From Nitrospirales bacterium (lineage in GTDB: Bacteria; Nitrospirota; Nitrospiria; Nitrospirales; UBA8639): a DNA stretch of 64,000 bases. Below are positions 1 through 10,100 of this stretch, in pieces. The translations under genes and the position numbers were made by a program. The stretch lies in the NCBI GenBank assembly GCA_965203295.1, contig CBDBCZ010000015.1, forward strand, positions 1,184,001-1,248,000, in the 5' to 3' direction. Below the pieces are notes generated by a model, which made no database searches, was not told where the DNA came from, and saw only the letters and a list, made by a program, of their open reading frames with translations. Position 1 is the first letter of the stretch. Every line of letters starts with the position of its first letter.

Positions 1-1209
1 TGGTCAGCTCTAGGTGCTACACACACCATCACCGCACTCACAAAGCCCAAATAGCTGTCAGTGTTTCAGTTCTTTGTACTTTACTTATGATAGTATGTTT
101 GTATACTTACAGTACATTGGCCCTATTACATTCGTGGACATGCTTTCAAATCAGAAGCAATGCATTAGTAGGATTGGACAGGTATTTGTAGGACACTTAC
201 CAAATGGTACTTTGACACAAGGCTTTTTGCATCTTACCTCCTAGTTATATTTGTTTGTTCACACAGTTGTGTAAACAAGTGTATATTTGTCATGGAAGTA
301 GATTGAGTGTCACCTGTGCATGGGCTGTGGGGCATGGGTGGGGTGGGGTGACAACTTGCTCTGGCCTACACTTGTACTTTTCTTGTCTCAGTTGAGGGCA
401 CGTGGTAACTTCAGTGGTAGTCACAGAATCAAACCCATTACTTTCAGTATCAGCATGGCATGTGGAAGAGTGTCAGCATCAGGCTATCAGCACATGTCTC
501 TTCCACATGCCAATACTGTAAGTGATGGATGCTGTAGAATGTAAGTGGGCTGGCTTGTGAAACTGCTTTAGTGAACCAGACGCTATGAATATTCCACAGT
601 TGTGCAATATTCCACAGTTGTACATTTTCAATTGCAAGGCCTTTCATATAAGAAACACTCCTTTGCCCATTACAATCTGTTACACAATAAAGTTTTGAGC
701 TTTGCAAACCTCTACCACACAGGTCAGTGCTATTTCAAATTTCTATACTGACATAAATGCAGTCTGTTGCAGTCAGGAAACTACATCAAACTGGCTTGTG
801 AGTGGCATGATTGTGTAGCTACTGTTGTAGGGTTAAGGTGCCCCTCCTGTTTCCATAAACTTGGCATGATATAATTATTGATCTATTAAAATGCACACAT
901 AGATCTATAGTATGGAAGTTATTAAAGTGTACTTTGACCAGTCGTCTGTTTGATTCAAAAACTGCGAACTAGACATTTCACTATACCCTTGTCACTTTCT
1001 TTGTACGTATATGCTCTTGTTTGTCCAGCTCTTAGCACAATGGTATTATCGTTGGTAGTACGGGGACATACACCTCTCATGCTCAAATCAACCCTTCAGG
1101 GTCATTGACGTTCATTGACCGTAGTAATGGTATAGACACACAAAAGAACAGATATTCCTTCAGGATCATTTATGTTCATTGACAGATATTCAACGCGAGT
1201 TGGTAGGTA

Positions 1210-2420
1210 CATATGCAGAACTCAAAAGATATGTTCTAAAAGTCTAAAGAATAAAAAGCAGAAGGTAATGATGGGCTAGTTGGGGAGCTTTTTAAGTATG
1301 GTGGCAAAGGAATGGCTAATCTGTTGAAAGTTTATATGAAGTAGTTTGGACAGAGGAGAGTATTCCGCAGACAAGGGTCAATTGTTAGCTTGTATAGACA
1401 AGTCTGACATTTCATGTCTAAAAACTAGCCGAGAACCTTTCCCACCTTTCCCGTACAATACACAACTCAGCTTAGGCCAAAGTAACTGCAACTGTAGAAC
1501 TACAAATTATAGTAACTATGCTGAGCTGCAGAAACTAAGCAATCTACATAACTCTGTACAGCGAAAGTGCTGAGTCGTCAGTTTCGTTGTGTGCTTCCAG
1601 TTAGTAGCTATATGTCGCGAAAACAGAATCTTTACGGCTTCCTACCACGTTTTCGCCATCTAGGCAGCACACAACAACCTTCATTTGCTGTAGCTATACA
1701 CGGCAGTTGCATAGTAACGTATGACGTAATATACTGCGCACGTGGTAAGTGCGGACGCACGAACAGACAAACTAACAGACGCGAAAAGCGTGAAGCAATC
1801 TTAGGACCAGCCGTTCACGTGCTGCACGCGCTCCGGCTGGTAAAAAGGTGCTGAGGACCCGGGTAATTACAGAGGCATTGCATTCACTATTGAATGTGGT
1901 AGATTTTGCAAGATTCTAAGTAGGATGTGGAGAGATAATTATTAAGACTATGTATGACATCGCACAGAGTGCTGTTTTACTGGAGGGATTAAAATCCAAT
2001 CATTCAATATAGGTCGGGTGGTACGGGTTGTAATATGTCTCCTATCCTGCATGTATTTTCCAATCAGTTGTTAGATGAGATCACAAAGGCTGGGATTGGC
2101 ACAACTATTAAGACTGATGTTATCTGTTGGGGGTCTAGTGTTTGCTGATGATTTTGTAAGTTTAATTACTAATACTGAGGACTTACAAACGTTGATTAAT
2201 GTAGTACAGGAATTTTGTAAAGGAGAGTGCTGTTATGGTATTTTCCATGGAGGTTGGTACAGGTACATTCACACGGAAGTGGGGAGATAAAGACATTCCA
2301 AGGGTTGCAAGTTACAGTTTCTTGGGGATTGAATTTGTTAATAATAGTTCATTGGATAGACATGTACAGATTGTGATCGTGAAAGGAAAAAAACTTAATC
2401 ACTTACACAGTGTTGTGAGA
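1210..2420 (+). pseudogene. Degenerate non-LTR retrotransposon (LINE) reverse-transcriptase fragment, frameshifted, internally deleted and split by an insertion at 1397-1840
   Basis: Manual translation across frameshifts gives RT-like blocks in the expected order: LKNKKAEGNDGLVGELFKYGGKGMANLLK...WTEESIPQ...IVSLY (1240-1396); KGAEDPGNYRGI...LLNVV (1843-1900); GCNMSPIL (~2025-2050); LVFADDFV with the catalytic [YF]ADD motif (ORF 2075-2290); SYSFLGIEF, a YKYLG-like motif (ORF 2235-2465). No continuous ORF remains. Confidence 0.9.
1397..1840 (+). mobile_element. 444-bp non-autonomous insertion inside the LINE, Helentron/HINE-like (family assignment inferred)
   Basis: Removing 1397-1840 and one TA restores ttgtataaaaagg (L-Y-K-K) of the RT. 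The insert has a small 5' hairpin GACAT-ttc-ATGTC, a short ACAGAC-type simple repeat near 1763-1780 and a terminal hairpin ACCAGCCG (1806-1813) / CGGCTGGT (1834-1841). No terminal inverted repeats. Confidence 0.7.
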
Positions 2421-2641
2421 AGGTTTTGGTATGTATGTGCTGTCTTCACTCGATCACTTTTATAATTTCCTGTAACTAATTTCACATATCATGTAGACCT
2501 AGCTACATTCGCATTGTTTCTTGCAGAATCAAAGTACATGACCCCAGTGATGTTTCCATGTGGTAGTGGGCCACTTGTGTGGACCTACAGAATAGTTACC
2601 TATTAGATAACGTGTGTGCCTGTCTCCCTGTTGTCCTACAG

Positions 2642-2714
2642 ACTCATTACAGAGCGAAAGAAGAAAGCAGCTGAAGACAAGGAGTCAATGTTTGGTCCCA
2701 AAGAGCTGCTGGCT
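2642..2714 (+). other. Putative isolated coding exon (73 nt; LITERKKKAAEDKESMFGPKELLA)
   Basis: Preceded by a pyrimidine-rich acceptor (tgtctccctgttgtcctacAG), followed by a canonical GTGAGT donor at 2715-2720, and open with purine-rich codon-like composition. Partner exons and product were not identified. Confidence 0.45.
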
Positions 2715-2764
2715 GTGAGTGTTTACATTTGTTTTTACTGGCCAATTTAATCTGCTTTAAAATT

Positions 2765-2803
2765 ACAAGTAGTTGTGCTCGCTTCACTCGCACAACTACT
2801 TGT
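2765..2803. repeat. Perfect 14-bp inverted repeat (hairpin) with an 11-nt loop, probably a transposon end
   Basis: ACAAGTAGTTGTGC (2765-2778) / GCACAACTACTTGT (2790-2803). The loop TCGCTTCACTC is echoed by CTCGCTCGCTGCGCTCGCTC at 2814-2833. Confidence 0.85.
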
Positions 2804-2924
2804 GTTTGTTGAACTCGCTCGCTGCGCTCGCTCTATACAGATAGAGATTAAAGATGTAATCTGCATGCGATTTGTTGGTTTGTAGGGTACATTTAGCTAG
2901 TAGTGTTGCTGGCAGATTGAAGTG

Positions 2925-3235
2925 TGGAGACAGCGCTACAGAGAAGACTACAATCAGCTGTAAAACAGTTTAGGCATTCTGGGACTACAGCCTAGCTCTT
3001 CACAGCCATAGCCTAGCTACATATCAAGTGAATGGCACTGATTTTATTCTCAGCATGGCTACTTGCATGTTCACCACATTCTAACCAGAGGCAGTGACTC
3101 AGAGGAGAGACTACAAACAGCTGCTAGACCAAACAGGCGAGCTAGCACTGTAGCCTAGCTATACCACAGGCTACATGCAGGCGAACGGCACCGACTCCAT
3201 TTAATGCACATCAACATGGTTAGCCTAGCATAGCA
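2925..3235. repeat. Diverged two-copy tandem repeat, unit about 153-163 bp
   Basis: Anchors AGACTACAATCAGCTG (2945) / AGACTACAAACAGCTG (3108) and GTGAATGGCACTGA (3028) / GCGAACGGCACCGA (3181), plus shared AGCCTAGCT motifs. Confidence 0.7.
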
Positions 3236-3399
3236 GTTATATCTCTGCTTGGCTTTCACTTACAGCTAGGACTATACCGCAACTAACCTTTGTGTTAAAG
3301 TGCCTGACATCGCGAGACTAAGTCTTGTAGTCGCTGGAAAGAGCTAGCATCTTCTCCCTACATCTTTCCAACCACAATCATGTATATGTGAGATGTGAA

Positions 3400-4200
3400 C
3401 AGTGGTAGTGTAATTTGGTGTGTGTATATTGCTAATTATGACTAGTATGTTGGAGGTTGTGGAGGGTAGCTGAAAGTGTTCATGGTGTATATGTTGGACT
3501 AGTGAGTCATTGAGGGTGGAGTCATGTTTGTATAGGGACTTTGGTTGTGTTTGGTTGTTGAGTGTGATGAAGTTTTGAGAGTGTTTGTATGTGCAGGTTC
3601 TTTGTAGGGGAGGTCTGTGTGGGTGTGTTGGTAAAGTATAGATTGAGTGTTGTCAACTTTGTTGAGTGTGTTGTATGGTGGTTGATGTTGTGAGGAATTT
3701 CTCTGCTTGGTTTGTGCTTGAGAATGTGGGATTCGTGGAGTGAAGTGAATTTTGATGGGAGTAGCTAGCGTTCCTGTGAAGGTTTGGGTTGGCTGTAGTG
3801 TGGGGTGTTGTGTTTTATAATGTAGCCATTAATGATTGTGGATAAGGATGTAAGGGTGGTATATATATGATAGTGATGATTGTGGATGGTTGTGTGTGTT
3901 GAAGGAAGTATTGGGGTGCAGTTAAGTATGGGGGCGAGGTACGGATTGTGGTGGGTGTGGTTGGAAAGATGTAGAGATGGTAGCTACGCAATAAATGGAT
4001 TGCGCTGTGATGGGTGGGTTGTCTGTGCACGCATTGCGTTGTGCATTGTCGCTTGTTTCATTGGTTTTTGGGGAACTGTTTTTTGGTGAAAGTCCATCCC
4101 TACATGACTTGTTTTTGCACTTTTTGGAAAAGTGCTTTTCCTGTAACTTGTTATGGGCGTTTTTTTGGGAAGTGGTAACAAATGTTTAGGTATTGGAATA
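3400..4200 (-). mobile_element. Possible highly decayed Penelope-like retroelement fragment
   Basis: The minus strand is strongly A/C-skewed. Broken translations such as TIINGYIIKH, FITLNN, LYKHDSTLNDSLVQH, FQYLN and KCKNK..VGM resemble the PLE RT-thumb/linker/GIY-YIG region. The resemblance is by eye only and the pieces are not all in canonical order. Confidence 0.3.
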
Positions 4201-4450
4201 GAATATGTTTGAGAATGTGTGTAGTATAGGTTTCAATTTGTACTCCAGTCAGCATCAGGAAGGCCTTCGCCTGCATGTGCATGGGGGGGGGGGGGGAAGG
4301 TCTCTTGTCAAGGTCAGCTATGTAACTGGCACATGAGGCTGCCCATTTCTAGTCAGGGTCAACACTACTCCTTTTATACTCTGTCGGTTTTGAATGTACA
4401 TTGTTTATTCTGGGCCCTCTTTTTCATAAATGTATAAACCTTGCTTTCAT

Positions 4451-4932
4451 GCACGATTGAAGGTAGGCTTTAAATAGACCAACACGTGCTAGCAGGCAGT
4501 CCATCTTACCATAAAATGGCCTGTAAGTGACAAGTGTCCACTCGAGAGTGCTCCTTATCACTGCTAATCTGATTCGAGTTCTTTGAAAATGCTATGCCTG
4601 AAAGGCACTACCTGAGGGTCAATCATGCCCGTTCGTATTGGAATCTTTTTAATTGCTTCACTAATTATTGTGCTAGTTTGACTGAATTAAGGATTATCTG
4701 ACTAAGATGAAGATAGACCATTCGGCGGTTTTAACTACTTGCCGCTTTGGTACTTCAGAGATGTTCTTTAGCAGTGCTAACAGCCTGGTTAGTGACGACA
4801 ACGCTCGAAAATAAGTGATACATGAGCTTCATATTAGTCCTAGACTACACCTACAGCGGAGTACTAAGCATGTCATTTTAACGGGGAGGCCAGGGCCATC
4901 CCAACATATGGAGTAGTACCGTGCTCCGTGGT
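4451..4932 (+). mobile_element. Hairpin-terminated interspersed repeat, copy 1 (older, diverged)
   Basis: Collinear with 5334-5864 through shared blocks GCACGAT..AAGGTAGGC.TTAAATAGAC.AACACG, CTCGAGAGTGCTC, ATCACTGCT, TTCTTTGAAAA, ATTATTGTGCTAG, GCTAACAG and GCCATCCC.ACATATGGAGTA.TACCGT.CTCC. Confidence 0.8.
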
Positions 4933-5015
4933 GTTGAGCTGCAAATTATCACCAAGGGCAATGATATGTATTGCAGTTTTTAGTGTCACAGAGGCAAATA
5001 GCTGCCTGCCCCCTC

Positions 5016-5236
5016 CAGTAGAGTTAGTGAGGGGGTGTCCGGACGGTAGGGGTTGTCTGGACACCAAAGCTTTTCTGCCTGTGCTCGTATTTAACAGCAA
5101 ATTTATTTCGATCGGTGGGCCTTTCTGTCTGCCCTTGTTATGTATTGTGAGCTACTGTTCTCCTTGTGTATGTCCAGACAATTCCATGCACCCTTTGGGC
5201 ACCCCCTTACTTCAGTAGCTAGCTACCCTACTACTG
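5016..5236. mobile_element. Degenerate MITE-like element with imperfect terminal and subterminal inverted repeats
   Basis: CAGTAG (5016) / CTACTG (5231-5236); AGTGAGGGGGTGTCC (5026-5040) vs GGGCACCCCCTTACT (5197-5211), 13/15 complementary; TTGTCTGGACA (5053-5063) / TGTCCAGACAA (5171-5181) perfect. No target-site duplication seen. Confidence 0.55.
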
Positions 5237-5333
5237 AAATAATACTGCCATGTGAGTAAGTGTATTGTAGCTAAATTTTCGGGTGACTTACAAAGTGATG
5301 AACCAGGAGATGCAGCTCAGGCCAGGACAGCTG

Positions 5334-5864
5334 GCACGATCAAAGGTAGGCGTTAAATAGACGAACACGCGATAGGGGCGGTTACTAAATTCCGAAACCG
5401 AACGGAACAGAACAGTAGTCATTAAATGGCGTAAAACGGCAAGCGTCACCTCGAGAGTGCTCGTGAATCACTGCTGAACCTGTTCGGTTTCTTTGAAAAC
5501 GTTATGCTACGAGTGCAATACCCCGGGGAATATTTAGCTTGTTCGCGCTTGAATCATTGTGATAGCTTAAGCCATTATTGTGCTAGCCTGGCTGAAGAAA
5601 GAAACAAGAAGAATTATATAGTCGATTACGCCCCGCCCCCCGAGTGTAGCGACTTGCCGGTCTAGTACCCCAGCGAAGCTTTCCAGCACCGCTAACAGTC
5701 TTGTTGCTGATGGAAACACTCGAGATGTCATGGTATGGCTCATAAAAGCCTATGATTATAATCAGAGCCGAGTTCTGAGCGTATGATTTTGTATGCGATA
5801 TATGGGGCCGCCATTTTTTTCCCGTGCCATCCCTACATATGGAGTACTACCGTACTCCATGATA
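5334..5864 (+). mobile_element. Hairpin-terminated interspersed repeat, copy 2 (younger, CpG-rich; possibly Helitron/Helentron-derived)
   Basis: Homologous to 4451-4932. Ends in a perfect 9-bp hairpin ATGGAGTAC-tacc-GTACTCCAT (5839-5860) followed by GATA. The last 99 bp recur inverted at 7015-7113. Confidence 0.8.
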
Positions 5865-6196
5865 AATGGCTGCATATCACAATTGTACTTTACCATACTG
5901 TTAGTGTCAGTCATAGTAGAAATTACTAGAGCAGTTAACTATCAAAACCACAGCCTCTTTACTTCGTCAGCAATTAAGTCACTTAGCCTGCTAAAATTTA
6001 ATGGATTGAATTTAATTGGCCTGTTTTCAGCCCCTGACATCTCAAAATTCATTGCGTCAGAAATACTGGAATGGGTTCATTATACAATGAGTATCAAATA
6101 TACTGACTGTACTCACCCAGTATGCTCCATGGCTCTCCCAGCACTGGAACCGACGTCATTAGAGACGGCTTTGTCAGCCGCATAACTGTATGCAGT

Positions 6197-6730
<534 letters not shown>

Positions 6731-7014
6731 GTGTGTGTGTCGCATGTGTGTGTGTGTGTGTGTGTATGGGTGATGTGTGTCGCATGTGTATGTGTGTATG
6801 CGGTGTTCTAGTTTCACCAAACAGTGGGGACAAAGCTGATCCAGAGGTTTTGGGGGCTCAAGGCAAGCCTAATGATTTTGTTATGCCCATGTGTGTGCGT
6901 GTATGTTATGATAGATAAAGACAGTCACCTGTGTTTGCAGGGGGTGTTTTGGAGTGCACCATGTGTGTGTAGTGGATGCAGTTTAATGCTTCTTTGTGCA
7001 CACAGGTCTTTGTC

Positions 7015-7113
7015 TATCATGGAGTACGGTAGTACTCCATATGTAGGGATGGCACGGGAAAAAAATGGCGGCCCCATATATCGCATACAAAATCATACGC
7101 TCAGAACTCGGCT
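7015..7113 (-). mobile_element. Truncated copy 3 of the hairpin-terminated element, fused directly to the satellite
   Basis: Exact reverse complement of 5766-5864 (99/99 by eye, including the T7/A7 run). Homology stops at 7113, where the satellite starts. Confidence 0.92.
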
Positions 7114-10100
7114 GTTTAGGAAACGAACTGGTTATTCAAAGGCTAGTTTAGTTTGAATGATGTTAGTCAAATACAATACATGCTTAGGAAGTATCGATGT
7201 TCAAGAAAGGAACTGGTTATTCAAAGGCTTGTTTAGTTGGTTGATGTTAGTCTGCAGATTAGGAAAGAAGGATTTTATTGAAAATTGTTAGTTTTGTTGG
7301 TCTCTAGCAAAGACTTTAAGCCAAAGTAACTAGCTACCATTGATCTGACCCTTCCCAACTGTTTAGGAAAAGAACTTGTTATTCAAAGGCTTGTTTAGTT
7401 TGAATGATGTTAGTCTGAAGATTAGGAAAGAAGGATTTTATTGAAAATTGTTAGTTTTGTTGGTCTCTAGCAAATACTTTAAGCCAAAGTAACTAGCTAC
7501 CATTTATCTGACCCTTCCGAACTGTTTAGAAAAAGAACTGGTTATTCAAAGGCCTGTTTAGTTTTGTTGACGTTAGCCTGAAGATTAGGAAAGAAGGATT
7601 TTATTGAAAATTGTTAGTTTTGTTGGTCTCTAGCAAAGACTTTAAGCCAAAGTCACTAGCTACCATTGATCTGACCCTTCCCAACTGTTTAGAAATAGAG
7701 CTGGTTATTCAAAGGCTTGTTTAGTTTAAATGATGTTGGTTGGATACAATACATGCCTAGGAAGTATTGATGTTCAAGAAAGGAACTGGTTATTCAAAGG
7801 CTTGTTTAGTTTGGTTGATGTTAGTCTGAAGATTAGGAAAGAAGGATTTATTTAAAATTGTTAGTTTTGTCGGTCTCTAGCAAAGACTTTAAGCCAAAGT
7901 AACAAGCTACCATTGATCTGACCCTTCCCAACTGTTTAGAAAAAGAGCTGGTTATTCAAAGGCTTGTTTAGTTATAATGATGTTAGTCAAATACAATAAT
8001 CCTTAGGAAGTATCGATGTTCAAGAAAGGAACTGGTTATTCAAAGGCTTGTTTAGTTTGCTTGATGTTAGTCTGCAGATTAGGGAAGAAGGATTTTATAA
8101 AAAATCGTTAGTTTTGTTAGTCTCTAGCAAAGACTTTGAGCCAAAGTAACTAGCTACCATTGATCTGACCCTTCCCAACTGTTTAGAAAAAGAACTGGTT
8201 ATTCAAAGGCTTGTTTACTTTAAATGATGTTAGTCGGATACAATACATGCTTAGAAAGTATCGATGTTCAAGAAAGGAACTGGTTATTCAAAGGCTTGTT
8301 TAGTTTGCTTGATGTTAGTCTGCAGATTAGGAAAGAAGGATTTTATAGAAAATCGTTAGTTTTGTTAGTCTCTAGCAAAGACTTTGAGCCAAAGTAACTA
8401 GCTACCATTGATCTGACCCTTCCCAACTGTTTAGAAAAAGAACTGGTTATTCCAAGGCTTGTTTAGTTTAAATGATGTTAGTCGGATACAATACATGCTT
8501 AGAAAGTATCGATGTTCAAGAAAGGAACTGGTTATTCAAAGGCCGGTTTAGTTTGGTTGATGTTAGTCTGAAGATTAGGAAAGAAGAATTTTACTCAAAA
8601 ATTGTTATTTTTTTCGTCTCTGGCAAAGACTTTAAGCCAAAGTAACTAGCTACCATTGATCTGACCCTTCCCAACTGTTTAGAAAACGAACTGGTTATTC
8701 AAAGGCTAGTTTAGTTTGAATGATGTTAGTCAAATACAATGCATCCTTAGGAAGTATCGATGTTCAAGAAAGGAACTGGTTATTCAAAGGCTTGTTTAGT
8801 TTTGTTGATGTTAGTCTGCAGATTAGAAAAGAAGGATTTTATTTAAAATTGTTAGTTTTGTTGGTCTCTAGCAAAGACTTTAAGCCAAAGTAACTAGCTA
8901 CCATTGATTAGGAAAGAAGGATTTTATTGAAAATTGTTAGTTTTGTTGGTCTCTAGCAAAGACTTTAAGCCAAAGTAACTAGCTACCATTGATCTGACCC
9001 TTCCCAACTTTTTAGGAAAAGAACTTGTTATTCAAAGGCTTGTTTAGTTTGAATGATGTTAGTCTGAAGATTAGGAAAGAAGGATTTTATTGAAAATTGT
9101 TAGTTTTGTTGGTCCCTAGCAAAGACTTTAAGCAAAAGTAACTAGCTACCATTTATCTGACCCTTCCGAACTGTTTAGAAAAAGAACTGGTTATTCAAAG
9201 GCCTGTTTAGTTTTGTTGACGTTAGCCTGAAGATTAGGAAAGAAGGATTTTATTGAAAATTGTTAGTTTTGTTGGTCTCTAGCAAAGACTTTAAGCCAAA
9301 GTCACTAGCTACCATTGATCTGACCCTTCCCAACTGTTTAGAAATAGAGCTGGTTATTCAAAGGCTTGTTTAGTTTAAATGATGTTGGTTGGATACAATA
9401 CATGCCTAGGAAGTATTGATGTTCAAGAAAGGCACTTGTTATTCAAAGGCTTGTTTAGTTTGGTTGATGTTAGTCTGAAGATTAGGAAAGAAGGATTTAT
9501 TTAAAATTGCTAGTTTTGTCGGTCTCTAGCAAAGACTTTAAGCCAAAGTAACAAGCTACCATTGATCTGACCCTTCCCAACTGTTTAGAAAAAGAGCTGG
9601 TTATTCAAAGGCTTGTTTAGTTTAAATGATGTTGGTTGGATACAATGCATGCCTAGGAAGTATTGATGTTCAAGAAAGGAACTGGTTATTCAAAGGCTTG
9701 TTTAGTTTGGTTGATGTTAGTCTGAAGATTAGGAAAGAAGGATTTATTTAAAATTGTTAGTTTTGTCGGTCTCTAGCAAAGACTTTAAGCCAAAGTAACA
9801 AGCTACCATTGATCTGACCCTTCCCAACTGTTTAGAAAAAGAGCTGGTTATTCAAAGGCTTGTTTAGTTATAATGATGTTAGTCAAATACAATAATCCTT
9901 AGGAAGTATCGATGTTCAAGAAAGGAACTGGTTATTCAAAGGCTTGTTTAGTTTGCTTGATGTTAGTCTGCAGATTAGGGAAGAAGGATTTTATAGAAAA
10001 TCGTTAGTTTTGTTAGTCTCTAGCAAAGACTTTGAGCCAAAGTAACTAGCTACCATTGATCTGACCCTTCCCAACTGTTTAGAAAAAGAACTGGTTATTC

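Noticed and set aside
14..707. Short ORFs 14-244, 320-544 and 450-707
   Set aside because: No recognisable domain. The QLWNI repeat in one of them is just an 18-bp tandem duplication (588-623).
1092..1192. Short imperfect direct repeat CCTTCAGG.TCATT.A.GTTCATTGAC
   Set aside because: Two copies only, with no associated structure; ordinary local slippage.
3956..3986. Similarity of the minus-strand TAGCTACCAT...TTCCAAC to the satellite L tail as a possible satellite origin
   Set aside because: The match is short and gapped, and TAGCTA is very common throughout the unique region, so chance is sufficient.
4280..4296. Poly-G run as a G-quadruplex regulatory element
   Set aside because: An isolated homopolymer in repeat debris with no nearby gene; its length is also error-prone.
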